Part shown: positions 21,264 through 33,382 of the stretch, piece by piece | Numbering within the stretch: position 1 is the stretch's first letter | Layout: the number at the start of each line of letters is the position of its first letter | DNA from: Acidobacteriota bacterium | GTDB lineage: Bacteria > Acidobacteriota > Polarisedimenticolia > J045 | Direction of reading: 5' to 3' | Assembly: GCA_003695625.1 (NCBI GenBank) | Contig: RFIB01000337.1 | Coordinates: 1-49,845 of the forward strand | Length of the DNA stretch: 49,845 nt | Made by a program: the position numbers and the translations under genes | Notes under the pieces: generated by a model | What the model was told of the DNA's origin: nothing | Seen by the model: only the letters and a program-made list of their open reading frames with translations | The model's database searches: none

Positions 21264-22006
21264 GGGATCCCCTTGTCGGCACCGGCCGCCGCCCCGTCGG
21301 CGTCCGGTGTTCGGACCGGCCGCAGCCGGCCCTCCTCGACCACGAGGATACGACGACAGCGACGTGCGAGCCGCTCCGAGTGGCTGGCGACCACCAGGGC
21401 GAAGCCGGTCTCCTGCTGGAGCCCGAACAGCACGTCGAGCACGCGGTCTCCCGTGCGTGGATCGAGGTTTCCGGTCGGCTCGTCGGCGAGCACCAGCCGC
21501 GGCGTCCGCGCCAGGGCGCGGGCGATCGCGACCCGCTGCTGCTCGCCACCGGACAGTTCGTCCGGATAGTGGTCGATCCGTCGCCCGAGGCCGACCTGGT
21601 CGAGCCACCGGCGCGCCTCGGCGAGCGCCACGTCGCGCGGATCGCCGGCGACGATCCGCGCCAGCGCGACGTTCTCCTCCGCGGTGAGTTCACCGAGCAG
21701 ACCATGGAACTGAAAGATGAACCCGACGTGGCGCCGGCGCCACTCGGCGCGGCGGTCCGGGTCGTCCGGGATCGGCCGTCCGTCGACCAGGATCTCGCCG
21801 GCGTCCGGCCGGTCGAGGCCACCGACCAGATTGAGCAGCGTCGTCTTGCCGATCCCCGACTCGCCCTGGATCGCGACGCTCTCGCCGGAGGCGACCTCGA
21901 GGTCGAGCCCGGAGAGCACCGGGATCGTCTCCTCGAGCCGGCCGCCGCGCCGGCGGTAGGCCCGGGCCAGACCGCGGCAGACCAGCAGCGGCGTTCCCCT
22001 ACTCAC
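21260..22006 (-). CDS. lolD: Lipoprotein-releasing ABC transporter ATP-binding protein LolD
   Basis: Walker A GESGIGKTT, signature LSGGEQQRVAIARAL, Walker B LVLADEPTGNLD. Follows the LolC/E-type permease gene. GTG start with an 8-nt overlap. Confidence 0.88.
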
Positions 22007-23249
22007 TGCGCAGCGCCTCCACGGGGTCGAGGCCCGCGGCGCGCCAGGCCGGGTAGACCGTGGCGACGAGCGAGATCAGCACCGACGCCGCCGTGACGGC
22101 CAGCAGGTCGGCCGGCAGCACCCGGAACGGCAGATGGTCGAGGTAGTAGATGCCCGGGTCGAGCGGAATCAGCTCGAAGCGGTCGAGCAGCCAGCACAGA
22201 CCGACGCCCGAGCCGGCACCGAGGACCGTGCCGAGCAGCCCCATCATCAGTCCCTCGAGCACGAAGATCATCAGCACGCCGCGCCGGCTCGCCCCGAGCG
22301 CCATCAGCACGCCGATCTCCCGCACCTTCTGCGAGACGGTCAGCACGAGCGTGCTGACCACGCCCAGCGCGGCGACGACCACGATCAGCCCGACCGCCAG
22401 CGACATCAGCAGCTTCTCGAGCCGCAGCGCGGAGAAGTAGGCGCGGTTGTACTCGAGGATGCTGCTGACGTCCCAGTCCTCGCCGAGCGCCTGCTGGACC
22501 GCCTGCTCGATCTCCTCGACGCGGTCGAGATCCGCGACGCGCGCCGCGAGCCGGTGCGCCGCCCCCTCGGCGTCGAACAGGCGCTGGCCGACCTCGAGCG
22601 AGACGAACGCCCACGACTCGTCGTATTCGCGGAAGCCGGTCGAGAACGTCCCGACGACCTCGAGCACCGGCTGGCGCACGGTCGGGCCCCACGGCGCGAG
22701 GCGCGGCCGCGGGACGAGCAGGCGGACCGCGTCGCCCGGGAACACGCCGAGCCGGTCGGCGAGCACCTCGCCGAGGATCACGCCGGGCCGCCCTCCGGGG
22801 CCCGGCACGGCGAGCGCGTCGAGCCGGCCCCAGACCATCTGCTCGTCGACGTCGGTCACCTCCGCCGCCCGCTGCGGGTCGATCCCGGTCACCACCGACC
22901 ACTGGGCGACGCCCGACGGGCCGACGATCCCGGCGAATCCCTGGACGACCGGCTCCGCGGCGACGACTCCCGGGACCGCCTCGACCGCGGCGACGGCCTG
23001 CTCGGGCGTCTCGATCAGCGCCCCGCCGTCGGCCGGGAAGATCACCAGGTGCGCATTGGCGCCGATGATGCGGCTGACGAAGTCCTCCTGGAACCCGGTC
23101 ATCAGCGCCAGCACGACGACCAGCGAGGCGACGCCGACGGTGAACCCGAGCGCCGAGACGAGACCGATCAGCGAGATGAACCCCTGGTGCCGCGCGCGCA
23201 CGAAGCGGCGCGCAAGGAAGCGGGCGAACCGCACCTCGCCGCGCGTCAT
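21999..23249 (-). CDS. Lipoprotein-releasing ABC transporter permease, LolC/E family (single copy)
   Basis: 416 aa with MacB-like periplasmic core and FtsX-type topology. The N-terminal FISLIGLVSALGFTVGVASLVVVLALMTGF is typical of LolC/E. Confidence 0.88.
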   Translation of the reverse strand: MTRGEVRFARFLARRFVRARHQGFISLIGLVSALGFTVGVASLVVVLALMTGFQEDFVSRIIGANAHLVIFPADGGALIETPEQAVAAVEAVPGVVAAEPVVQGFAGIVGPSGVAQWSVVTGIDPQRAAEVTDVDEQMVWGRLDALAVPGPGGRPGVILGEVLADRLGVFPGDAVRLLVPRPRLAPWGPTVRQPVLEVVGTFSTGFREYDESWAFVSLEVGQRLFDAEGAAHRLAARVADLDRVEEIEQAVQQALGEDWDVSSILEYNRAYFSALRLEKLLMSLAVGLIVVVAALGVVSTLVLTVSQKVREIGVLMALGASRRGVLMIFVLEGLMMGLLGTVLGAGSGVGLCWLLDRFELIPLDPGIYYLDHLPFRVLPADLLAVTAASVLISLVATVYPAWRAAGLDPVEALRSE

Positions 23250-23277
23250 CGCGGCGCGCGAACGGGTCGCGGGCGGC

Positions 23278-24120
23278 TCACTGGACCCTCCGGGCGACCC
23301 ACTGGCCGTGGGGCGTGCCGCCCTGGGCCATCTCGTAGGCGGTCCATGTCCCGCGCAGCTGCCGGCCGTCCGACGACAGCACGCCCTCGATCTCCGCGTC
23401 GCGGCCGCGACGCGCGTCGATCCGCTGCAGGAACAGCTTGCCGCTGACGAACGTGCCCTGGAGGCTGCCCGTTCCGTGGGTCCCGAGGTCGTACTGGCCG
23501 CTGACCAGCGTCCCCGACTGGTCGAGGTAGAACGTGCCGACGATCCCCGCGGGCATCCAGGTCACCTCCCATACGCCGGTGAGCTGCTCCTGCTGCTGCG
23601 GCAGGCGCGAACGGAGATCCGCGATCCGGATCGACAGCGCGTCGCGTTCGACGACGAGCCCGCGCAGCTGCGCGAGGTGCCGCTGCACGGCGCGATCCTC
23701 GACCTCGTAGCGTTCGCGGGCGCGCTCGAGCTCGTCGACCAGCCGCTCGAGCTGCTCGGCGCCGAGCGAGCGCGGCCGCACGGCCGCCTGGTCGAGGTCG
23801 CGCGTCGCCTGCGCCAGGGCGTCGAGCGCCTCGCGCCGGCGCTGGGCGGCGCCGCGGTACGCGCGCGCGGTCTCCCCGGCGAGCTGCTCGATCAGCCGTG
23901 CGCGCTCGACGAGTCCCGCAAGCGCCACCGACAGCCGCTGCGCCTCGAGCGGATTGGCAAGGCCCGGCGCCGGGTCGGCCTCGTCGGACTCCTGCGCCGC
24001 GACCGGCACCGCCAGCGCGGCAGCGATGACGAGCACCACCGCCGCCCGCCACGCCCTGCGGCAGGAAGCGCGGCACGCGGAGGCATCGGGCGACGCGAGG
24101 CTGGGGCCGAGGTCGGGCAT
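23278..24120 (-). CDS. Hypothetical secreted protein (signal peptide, coiled coil, C-terminal beta-rich domain)
   Basis: ATG at 24120 with GGGGAGAA upstream. Hydrophobic signal AAVVLVIAAALAVPVAAQ, an Arg/Glu/Leu/Gln-rich coiled coil, and a Gly/Thr/Trp-rich C-terminal domain. I recognise no family. Confidence 0.65.
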   Translation of the reverse strand: MPDLGPSLASPDASACRASCRRAWRAAVVLVIAAALAVPVAAQESDEADPAPGLANPLEAQRLSVALAGLVERARLIEQLAGETARAYRGAAQRRREALDALAQATRDLDQAAVRPRSLGAEQLERLVDELERARERYEVEDRAVQRHLAQLRGLVVERDALSIRIADLRSRLPQQQEQLTGVWEVTWMPAGIVGTFYLDQSGTLVSGQYDLGTHGTGSLQGTFVSGKLFLQRIDARRGRDAEIEGVLSSDGRQLRGTWTAYEMAQGGTPHGQWVARRVQ

Positions 24121-24180
24121 CCGGGCGTTCTCCCCGCCGGGCCCCGGCGGCAAGGCGCCCCGGCGGACCCGTGAAGCCGG

Positions 24181-24210
24181 ATCGTAACGCCCCGCGGATT
24201 CGCCCGGCAA
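24181..24210 (-). promoter_or_regulatory. Candidate internal promoter (TTGCCG-N18-TACGAT)
   Basis: On the minus strand, TTGCCG at 24210-24205, an 18-nt spacer, and TACGAT at 24186-24181, in the 111-nt gap between pssA and the hypothetical gene. Confidence 0.3.
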
Positions 24211-24231
24211 GGCGCGTCCTCGCGGCACCGG

Positions 24232-25026
24232 TCAGACGACCCGGATGTCCGGGTCCTCGACCTCGAGCTCGTCGTCCGCGGTCCCGCCCGCCGCGCGCGC
24301 GGCGAGCGCCCGCTCGACGAGCGGGCTGACCAGGTAGGCCAGCGCGAGCGCCGGGACGACCCACTCGTGGGCGGCGAGCAGCCCGGCGAGCAGCGCGGCC
24401 CAGACCGCCAGCGCCCGGTAGAGCCGGCGTCCGAACGCGAGGTCCTTGTAGCTGCGGTAGCGGATCGGGCTGATCATCAGCAGCGCGATGACGACCATCA
24501 CGATCGCCAGGAACGGCAGCGCCTCGTCGGGCATCGGACGCGGTCCGGCAAGCAGCGCGGGGCTGATCACCGCCGCGGCGGCGGCCGGGATCGGCAGTCC
24601 GATGAACCAGCGGCTGTCGCGCGGCGGCAGCGCGTTGAACCGAGCGAGGCGGATCACCCCGCACGCCGCGTAGAGAAAGCAGGCCGCCCAGCCGACCCGG
24701 CCGAGCCGCTCGAGGCCCATGAAGAACGCCAGCATCGACGGGGCGACGGCGAACGAGACGGCATCGGCGAGCGAATCGAGCTGTTCGCCGAAGCGGCTCG
24801 TGGTCCCGGTCAGCCGCGCGATCCGTCCGTCGAGGCCGTCGAGCGCGGCGGCGGCCAGCACGAGCAGCGCCGCGAGCGGGAAGCGCTGTTCCGTGGCGGC
24901 GAGGATCGCCGCATAGCCGGCGAGCATGTTGCCGATCGTCAGCGCGCCGGGAACGATCCCCGCGGCGCCGCGCAGGCGCGCGCCGAGCCGCCGCGGCCGC
25001 TCGGACGGAAGCGGACGGACGATCAT
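24232..25026 (-). CDS. pssA: CDP-diacylglycerol--serine O-phosphatidyltransferase
   Basis: CDP-alcohol phosphatidyltransferase motif DGLDGRIARLTGTTSRFGEQLDSLADAVS and multiple TM helices. The ATG overlaps the psd stop as ATGA. Confidence 0.9.
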   Translation of the reverse strand: MIVRPLPSERPRRLGARLRGAAGIVPGALTIGNMLAGYAAILAATEQRFPLAALLVLAAAALDGLDGRIARLTGTTSRFGEQLDSLADAVSFAVAPSMLAFFMGLERLGRVGWAACFLYAACGVIRLARFNALPPRDSRWFIGLPIPAAAAAVISPALLAGPRPMPDEALPFLAIVMVVIALLMISPIRYRSYKDLAFGRRLYRALAVWAALLAGLLAAHEWVVPALALAYLVSPLVERALAARAAGGTADDELEVEDPDIRVV

Positions 25027-25706
25027 CGCGGTGAACCCTCCGCGGCAGGCCAGCGCGCGACGACGGTCTCGCCGCCGCGGACCCGCGCCCCCGGCGCGAC
25101 CGCCGGCGTCACGTGTTCCGGGAGCCACAGCTCGGTGCACGAGCCGAAGCGGATCAGGCCGAAGCGATCGCCGCGGGCCAGCGTGTCGCCCGGGCCGACC
25201 CGGCACACGATCCGCCGCGCGATCAGCCCGGCGATCTGCACCACCTCGAACGGCCCTCGCGGTCCGTCGAAGCGGACATGGTTGCGTTCGTTGACCTGCG
25301 CGGCATCGGCGCGGAACGCCGCCCGGAAGCGGCCCCGGTGATAGGCGACGTCGTCGACGCGGCCCGACTCGGGCGCCCGGTTGACGTGCACGTCGAGCAC
25401 CGACAGGAAGATCGCGATCCGCCACCGCCCGGCGCGCTGCTCGACGGCCATCACCCGGCCGTCGGCGGGCGAGACGATCGCGTCCGGATCGTCGGGCGGC
25501 ACGCGCCGTGGATCGCGGAAGAAGAACGCGCAGAACGATGCGACGACCAGCGCCGCTCCGGCGACGAGCCACGGCCCCGGGCCGCCGAGCGCCGGGGCCG
25601 CGACGGCGGCGAGCCCGGCGAGTCCCAGCGGCACGAGGACGAACGGTCGCCCCTCGGGGGCGAGCGTGATCCGCGGCTCGGGCCGCGTCCGCGCGGACGG
25701 GGTCAT
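25023..25706 (-). CDS. psd: Phosphatidylserine decarboxylase (short form proenzyme)
   Basis: Two N-terminal TM helices, SPADGRV, and an FGS self-cleavage motif (IRFGSCTE). GGGAGG SD. Paired with pssA. Confidence 0.9.
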   Translation of the reverse strand: MTPSARTRPEPRITLAPEGRPFVLVPLGLAGLAAVAAPALGGPGPWLVAGAALVVASFCAFFFRDPRRVPPDDPDAIVSPADGRVMAVEQRAGRWRIAIFLSVLDVHVNRAPESGRVDDVAYHRGRFRAAFRADAAQVNERNHVRFDGPRGPFEVVQIAGLIARRIVCRVGPGDTLARGDRFGLIRFGSCTELWLPEHVTPAVAPGARVRGGETVVARWPAAEGSPR

Positions 25707-25738
25707 CGGCGCGCCTCCCGGTGCCCGGTCATGGTACG

Positions 25739-26884
25739 TCACGGCGCCGCCGGCCGTCGCGCCAGCAGGCACGACATGAGCAGGGCGTCCTCGCCGTCGC
25801 GATAGTAGCGCGGCCGCAGGCCGACCCGCGTGAACCCCTCCCGCTCGTAGAGCGCAATCGCCGGCAGGTTGGACACGCGCACCTCGAGATCGACCCGCTC
25901 GACCTGCCGCGCACGGGCGCGGTCGAGCAGTTCCCGGACCAGGGCCCGGCCGATCCCCTGCCGCCGGCGGTCCGGGTGCGTCGCGACGACGAGGATGTTC
26001 ATCTCGCCCCCCGCCTCGCGGGCGAGGGCGAACGCGACCAGCCGGCCGGTGTCATGCTCGCGCACGCCGAGCGCGATCCGTCCGGCGTCGGGCGCCAGCT
26101 CGGCGCCGAGCATCGCCGGCGACCACGGGTCGTCGAAGCTCGCGCGCTCGACGGAGACGACGTCGTCGAGATCCTCGGGGGCGAGTTCGACCACGTGCAG
26201 CCCGTCGGCGAGCCGCGCGCCGCGCGGCGGAAGCACGGCGTCCGACGGCGCCCAGTAGGCCGGCGCGAGGGTCCGCCCCGCTCCGGCAACCAGCGGGACC
26301 GCCCCGGTGGCGACGAGATCGGCGAGCGCCTCGTGCGACGGGCGGTCGACGACGACCGTGCGCTCCGGCGATGTCGCCACGTCGTCGAGCACGGCGGGCC
26401 GGATTGTCACGCCGGCGAGGTCGCGCAGTGCCGCAGGATCGCGCGCGACACAGCGCGCCGAGACGACCGCGCCCTCCGCGTCGAGCGTGGCGAGCAGCAC
26501 CCGGCGCCGTCCCCACGGAATCAGGACGTGGACCGGCGGCTCGACGCCGGCGGCCGCGACGAGCAGCCGCGCGGTGTCGACTCCCGCCGCCGACAGCCCG
26601 GGACGGGCGACCGACAGCGCCCGCGCGATCGACAGCGCGACGCGCGTGCCGGTGAACGAGCCGGGGCCGAGTCCGGCGACGACGCCGGACAGCGCGCCGA
26701 CGGACACGCCGGCGTCGTCGAGCACGCGGCGCATCGCGACGAACAGGTCGGGCTGGCGGCCAGGCGCCCGGCCGGCACCGCGCGCCGCGACGACCGCACC
26801 GTCGCGCACCAGTGCGGCGCCGCCCGGAGCAAGCGCCCCCTCGAGCACGAGCACGGCGCCCGACGCCTGTCCGCGAGTCGCCAT
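25739..26884 (-). CDS. Fusion protein: tRNA t6A37 threonylcarbamoyltransfer protein TsaB (N-terminal) + ribosomal-protein-alanine N-acetyltransferase RimI (C-terminal)
   Basis: A single uninterrupted 381-codon frame. The N-terminal half has the TsaB/YeaZ motif GLGPGSFTGTRVALSIARAL. The C-terminal half has the GNAT/RimI motifs VATHPDRRRQGIGRAL and LEVRVSNLPAIALYEREGF. Confidence 0.85.
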   Translation of the reverse strand: MATRGQASGAVLVLEGALAPGGAALVRDGAVVAARGAGRAPGRQPDLFVAMRRVLDDAGVSVGALSGVVAGLGPGSFTGTRVALSIARALSVARPGLSAAGVDTARLLVAAAGVEPPVHVLIPWGRRRVLLATLDAEGAVVSARCVARDPAALRDLAGVTIRPAVLDDVATSPERTVVVDRPSHEALADLVATGAVPLVAGAGRTLAPAYWAPSDAVLPPRGARLADGLHVVELAPEDLDDVVSVERASFDDPWSPAMLGAELAPDAGRIALGVREHDTGRLVAFALAREAGGEMNILVVATHPDRRRQGIGRALVRELLDRARARQVERVDLEVRVSNLPAIALYEREGFTRVGLRPRYYRDGEDALLMSCLLARRPAAP

Positions 26885-26916
26885 CAGCGTTTGCTCCCTG
26901 CCTCGCCGGAACGGAT

Positions 26917-26945
26917 TTGCCCGCCCCATGGGCCGAGACTATCTT
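26917..26945 (+). promoter_or_regulatory. Candidate distal promoter for prkA operon (TTGCCC-N17-TATCTT)
   Basis: TTGCCC at 26917-26922, a 17-nt spacer, and TATCTT at 26940-26945. This would imply a leader of about 310 nt. Speculative. Confidence 0.2.
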
Positions 26946-27262
26946 GGCCTTGCGGCGCCGTGCGGGCGAGTCAGTCGGCACCGGCGGCGACGCGACCATC
27001 ATGAGAGAGGTTCGTGCCGTGTTGTCCCGCCCCACCCGGACCCGTCGCTGTCGGTCGGGGAGCGTGACGCCACGGGCCTCGTCGGCGAAGTTATCGGTAA
27101 CACATCCGCTCGTCGCCACGGCGCGCAGCGCACGCATCCCGCGCGCGCGGCGCCCCCTCGGTCGATCGGTGCGGCGAGCCCTTCCGCCAGCGGGTGTCGC
27201 GTCCCGCGGGGCAGGCCGCGGCGGCCGCGCCCCCCGCGTGCGGCGGAAGGCTGGAGGACAGC

Positions 27263-29320
<2,058 letters not shown>

Positions 29321-29366
29321 CCGACCGCCCGGGAGCCGCGGCTCCCGGGCGTCCCGGGGCCGTAAC

Positions 29367-30476
29367 GTGGGCCTGAAGATCGACTCCGACGTCGGGCGCT
29401 TCCGCAAGATCGTCCGCGGCAAGGTCCGCGACGAACTCAAGCGCTTCATGTCCCGCGGCGAGATGATCGGCCGCAAGGGGCGCGATCTGGTCTCGATCCC
29501 CCTGCCCCGCATCGACCTGCCCCGCTTCGTCCACGATCCAGGCGGCCAGCAGCACGTCGGCCAGGGCGACGGCAAGGAAGGCGACGTGCTGGCGCCGGCC
29601 GGCGGTCAGGACGGCGGCACCGGCCAGGCCGGCAACATGCCCGGCGAGCACATCCTCGAGGTCGAGCTGACCCTCGACGAGCTGGCCGAGATCATGGGCG
29701 AGGAGCTCGGCCTGCCGCGCATCGAGCCGCGCGGGCGCAAGAACATCGAGGAGGCCTCGAACCGCTACACCGGGATCTCGACCACGGGCCCCGAGTCGCT
29801 GCGCCACTTCAAGCGGACCTACCGGCAGGCGCTGCGGCGCCAGATCGCGACCGGAACGTACGACCCGGATCGCCCGGTGGTGGTCCCGATCCGCGAGGAC
29901 CGGCGCTATCGCACGTTCCGGCGCGTCCCCCAGCCGCGGGCCAACGCGGTGATCCTGTACGTGATGGACGTGTCGGGCTCGATGGGCGACGAGCAGAAGG
30001 AGATCGTGCGGATCGCCTCGTTCTGGATCGACACCTGGCTGCAGAGCCAGTACCGCGGCCTCGAGACCGTGTTCGTGATCCACGACGCCGAGGCGCGCGA
30101 GGTCGACCGCGACACGTTCTTCCGCACGCGCGAGAGCGGCGGCACGGTGATCTCGTCGGCCTACCGCACGTGCCTGCAGGTGATCGCCGAGCGGTTCCCG
30201 CCCGAGGACTGGAACCTGTACCTGTTCCAGTTCTCGGACGGCGACAACTGGTCCCAGGGCGACACGGAGACCTGCATCGAGCTGCTGCGCGAGCGGCTGC
30301 TGCCGCAGCTCAATCTGTTCGCCTACGGCCAGGTCGAGAGCCCCTACGGCTCGGGGCAGTTCCTGCGCGACCTAGAGCAGCCGTTCGGCGAGGACGAGCG
30401 CGTGGTGCTGCACCCGATCGACGGCAAGGAAGGCATCCCGGACGCGATCCGGGCCTTCCTGTCCACCGGGAGATGA
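29367..30476 (+). CDS. yeaH: DUF444 family protein (YeaH/YhbH-like, vWA-type)
   Basis: GTG start. Sequence is characteristic of the YeaH/YhbH family ([19 protein letters not shown]-like motif). Sits between prkA and spoVR. Confidence 0.92.
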   Translation: MGLKIDSDVGRFRKIVRGKVRDELKRFMSRGEMIGRKGRDLVSIPLPRIDLPRFVHDPGGQQHVGQGDGKEGDVLAPAGGQDGGTGQAGNMPGEHILEVELTLDELAEIMGEELGLPRIEPRGRKNIEEASNRYTGISTTGPESLRHFKRTYRQALRRQIATGTYDPDRPVVVPIREDRRYRTFRRVPQPRANAVILYVMDVSGSMGDEQKEIVRIASFWIDTWLQSQYRGLETVFVIHDAEAREVDRDTFFRTRESGGTVISSAYRTCLQVIAERFPPEDWNLYLFQFSDGDNWSQGDTETCIELLRERLLPQLNLFAYGQVESPYGSGQFLRDLEQPFGEDERVVLHPIDGKEGIPDAIRAFLSTGR

Positions 30477-31975
30477 CCGTGTCGCTGCCGCGGGAGCTGG
30501 CCGAACTGCAGGTCCGGGTCGAGAAGGTCGCCCGGTCGTACGGGCTGACGTTCTTCCCGGTCGTGTTCGAGGTCGTCGACTACGCCCAGATGAACCAGCT
30601 CGCCGCCTACACCGGCTTCCCGGTCCGCTATCCGCACTGGCGGTTCGGGATGGAGATGGAGCAGATCAGCAAGTCGTACGAGTACGGGCTGTCGAAGATC
30701 TACGAGATGGTGATCAACAACGACCCGACGTACGCCTACCTGCTCGAAGGCAACTCGCTGCTCGACCAGAAGCTCGTCATGGCCCATGTCTACGGCCACG
30801 CCGACTTCTTCCGCAACAACGTCTATTTCAGCCACACCAATCGCAAGATGGTCGACGCGACCGCGAACCACGCCACGCGCGTGCGCCGGTACCAGGACCG
30901 CCACGGCGTCGAGACCGTCGAGCGGTTCATCGACGACTGTCTGGCGATCGAGGACCTGATCGATCACCAGGCGGCGTTCCGTGCCAACTACGGCCTGCAG
31001 GACGCCCGCGGCGACGCGGACGCCGACGACGAGTCCGGCGACGGCCGCCTGCCCGCCGAGGAGTACCTCGACCCGTTCGTCAATCCGCCGGAGGTGCTCG
31101 AGCGGGAACGCAGGCAGCGCGACGAGGCGCGCGAGGCGCGCCGGCGGTTCCCGCCGGACCCCCAGCGCGACGTGCTCGGGTTCCTGCTGCACCACGCGCC
31201 GCTCGACGCGTGGCAGCGCGACGTGCTCGGCATCATCCGCTCCGAGTCGTACTACTTCCTGCCGCAGCGGCAGACGAAGATCATGAACGAGGGCTGGGCC
31301 AGCTACTGGCACACCAAGATGCTCACCGGCCACCTGCTCGAGGACGGCGAGGTGATCGACTACGCCGATCACCACTCGGGCACCACGGCGACCCATCCCG
31401 GAAGGCTCAATCCCTACAAGCTGGGGATCGAGCTGTTCCGCGACATCGAATTCCGCTGGAACACCGGCCGCTTCGGTCGCGAGTGGGAAGAGTGCGACGA
31501 CATGGCCGAGCGCGCCCGCTGGAACCGCCCCACCGGGCTCGGCCGCGAGAAGATCTTCGAGGTGCGCCGGCTGCACTGCGACCTGACGTTTCTCGACGAG
31601 TTCCTGACCGCCGACTTCTGCGCGCAGCACAAGCTGTTCACGTTCGCCAGGGACCGGCGTCGGGACGCGTGGGTCATCGCCTCGCGTGAGTTCGAGCAGA
31701 TCAAGCAGGCGCTGCTGTTCCAGCTCACCAACGGCGGCACGCCGATCATCGACGTCGTCGACGCCAACTTCGGCAACCGCGGCGAGCTGCTGCTGCGCCA
31801 CACCCACGCCGGCGTCGACCTCAAGCTCGACTGGGCCCACGAGGTTCTCGCCGCGCTGGCGCGCATCTGGCGCCGCCCCGTCCACCTCGAGACGATCGTC
31901 GGCGGCAAGCCCAAGCGCCTCGGCCATGACGGCTCGCAGACCACCGAACAGGAGATCAAGGAGGTCGCCTCCTGA
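30473..31975 (+). CDS. spoVR: SpoVR family protein (YcgB-like)
   Basis: 500 aa. Motifs [35 protein letters not shown] and [15 protein letters not shown]. The ATG overlaps the yeaH stop as ATGA. Confidence 0.93.
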   Translation: MTVSLPRELAELQVRVEKVARSYGLTFFPVVFEVVDYAQMNQLAAYTGFPVRYPHWRFGMEMEQISKSYEYGLSKIYEMVINNDPTYAYLLEGNSLLDQKLVMAHVYGHADFFRNNVYFSHTNRKMVDATANHATRVRRYQDRHGVETVERFIDDCLAIEDLIDHQAAFRANYGLQDARGDADADDESGDGRLPAEEYLDPFVNPPEVLERERRQRDEAREARRRFPPDPQRDVLGFLLHHAPLDAWQRDVLGIIRSESYYFLPQRQTKIMNEGWASYWHTKMLTGHLLEDGEVIDYADHHSGTTATHPGRLNPYKLGIELFRDIEFRWNTGRFGREWEECDDMAERARWNRPTGLGREKIFEVRRLHCDLTFLDEFLTADFCAQHKLFTFARDRRRDAWVIASREFEQIKQALLFQLTNGGTPIIDVVDANFGNRGELLLRHTHAGVDLKLDWAHEVLAALARIWRRPVHLETIVGGKPKRLGHDGSQTTEQEIKEVAS

Positions 31976-32053
31976 CGCCGTGCGGCGGCGGCGGGGCGGG
32001 TTTCCTGTTCGCGGTCATCGCCGGGCACGCTGCGGCGCCCGAATTGGCCTGAC

Positions 32054-33382
32054 CTACGCGAGCCCCAGGCGGGTCAGGCGCTCGCGCAGCTCGTCGACGC
32101 CGAGACCGAGGCGCGCGGCGGCGCGGGGCAGGTCGCCGCCGACCTCGGCCAGGCAGCGCTCGAGCCAGTCGCGCTCGAAGCGCTCGAGCGTCGTCTCGAT
32201 ACCGCTGCGCTCCGCGGCGTGCTCGGTGCCGGCGATGTACGCGGGCAGATCCTCGGGGCGCACCAGCGGGCCCGCGGCGAGCAGCACGATCCGTTCGAGT
32301 GTCCGCTGGAGTTCACGGACGTTGCCGGGCCAGTCGTAGGCCAGCAGCACGCGGAGCGCCTCGGGGGTCAGCTCGAGCGTCTCCCGGCCGTACTCGCGGC
32401 ACAGGTCGCCGAGAAAGCGCGCGATCAGCTCGGGGAAGTCCTCGCGCCGCTCGCGCAGCGGCGGGATCTCGATCACGTGGGGAAACGCCGACAGGAACGC
32501 CCCCGAGAGCCGGCCCTGCTCGACGGCGGTCTCCGGCGGCTCGCTGAGCGAGATCACCAGCAGCGGCTCGGAGCGCACGACCCGGCGCCGGCCCGGCACG
32601 GGAAACGCGCCGTCGCGCAGGCCGGCGAGCAGCGAGGCCTGCACCGCCGGGGGCAGCGTCTCGGCGTTCTCGAGATAGAGCGTCCCCTCGTCGGCCATCG
32701 CGAGCCGCCCGGCGCTCGCCCCCGGATCGGACGGCGTGCCGTACAGCGCCCGGATCAGCCGCTCGCGCGGCAGCGAGGACACCTGGAGATCGACGAACGC
32801 ACGGCGCGACCGGTCGGCATGAAGCGTGATCCAGCGCGCGGCGAGACGGCGGCCGGTACCCCGCTCGCCGTGGATCAGCACCGGCCGGCCGTCGACCGCC
32901 TCGGCGAGCTGCCCGCGCAGCCGCTCGACGGCGGGGCTGCGTCCGATGAACTCCGCCTCGCGCAGCAGCTCGACGCGCAGCGCCCGGTTCTGACGCTCGA
33001 GGCGCGCATGGCGGATCGCGTTCGCGGTCACCAGCAGCACGCGCTCGAGCGACAGCGGCTTCTCGACGAAGTCGTAGGCCCCGAGCTTGGTTGCGCGGAC
33101 CGCCGTCTCGATCGTCCCGTGCCCCGAGATCATCACGATCGACGCGAACACGCCGCGCTCGCGCAGCAGACGCAGCGTCTCGATCCCGTCGATCCCCGGC
33201 AGCCACACGTCGAGGAACACCGCGTCGGGGGCGATCTCGACCGCCCGGTCCACGCCCTCCTCTCCGCTCGCCGCGGTCACGACCTCGTACCCCTCGTCGG
33301 CGAGGATCTGGGACAGCGTGTGACGGATCGACTCCTCGTCATCGACGACGAGAATCAGTCCCTTGCGCTCCGCAGGTTCCAT
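32054..33382 (-). CDS. NtrC-family response regulator, NtrX-like, with degenerate AAA+ domain
   Basis: Intact receiver domain (DDEES...FLDVWLPG...KP), an AAA+ sigma-54-activator-like core (WPGNVRELQ) and a Fis-type HTH. Walker A reads GERGTGRR, Walker B reads TLYLEN, and the GAFTGA position reads DPGASAG. Confidence 0.88.
   Translation of the reverse strand: MEPAERKGLILVVDDEESIRHTLSQILADEGYEVVTAASGEEGVDRAVEIAPDAVFLDVWLPGIDGIETLRLLRERGVFASIVMISGHGTIETAVRATKLGAYDFVEKPLSLERVLLVTANAIRHARLERQNRALRVELLREAEFIGRSPAVERLRGQLAEAVDGRPVLIHGERGTGRRLAARWITLHADRSRRAFVDLQVSSLPRERLIRALYGTPSDPGASAGRLAMADEGTLYLENAETLPPAVQASLLAGLRDGAFPVPGRRRVVRSEPLLVISLSEPPETAVEQGRLSGAFLSAFPHVIEIPPLRERREDFPELIARFLGDLCREYGRETLELTPEALRVLLAYDWPGNVRELQRTLERIVLLAAGPLVRPEDLPAYIAGTEHAAERSGIETTLERFERDWLERCLAEVGGDLPRAAARLGLGVDELRERLTRLGLA

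Noticed and set aside
24121-24228. A GTG at 24228 that would extend the hypothetical secreted protein by 36 aa and leave only 3 nt to pssA.
   Set aside because: The extension would give a ~60-residue n-region before the signal helix. The ATG at 24120 has a well-placed GGGGAGAA SD, and the extra region contains a promoter-like pair.
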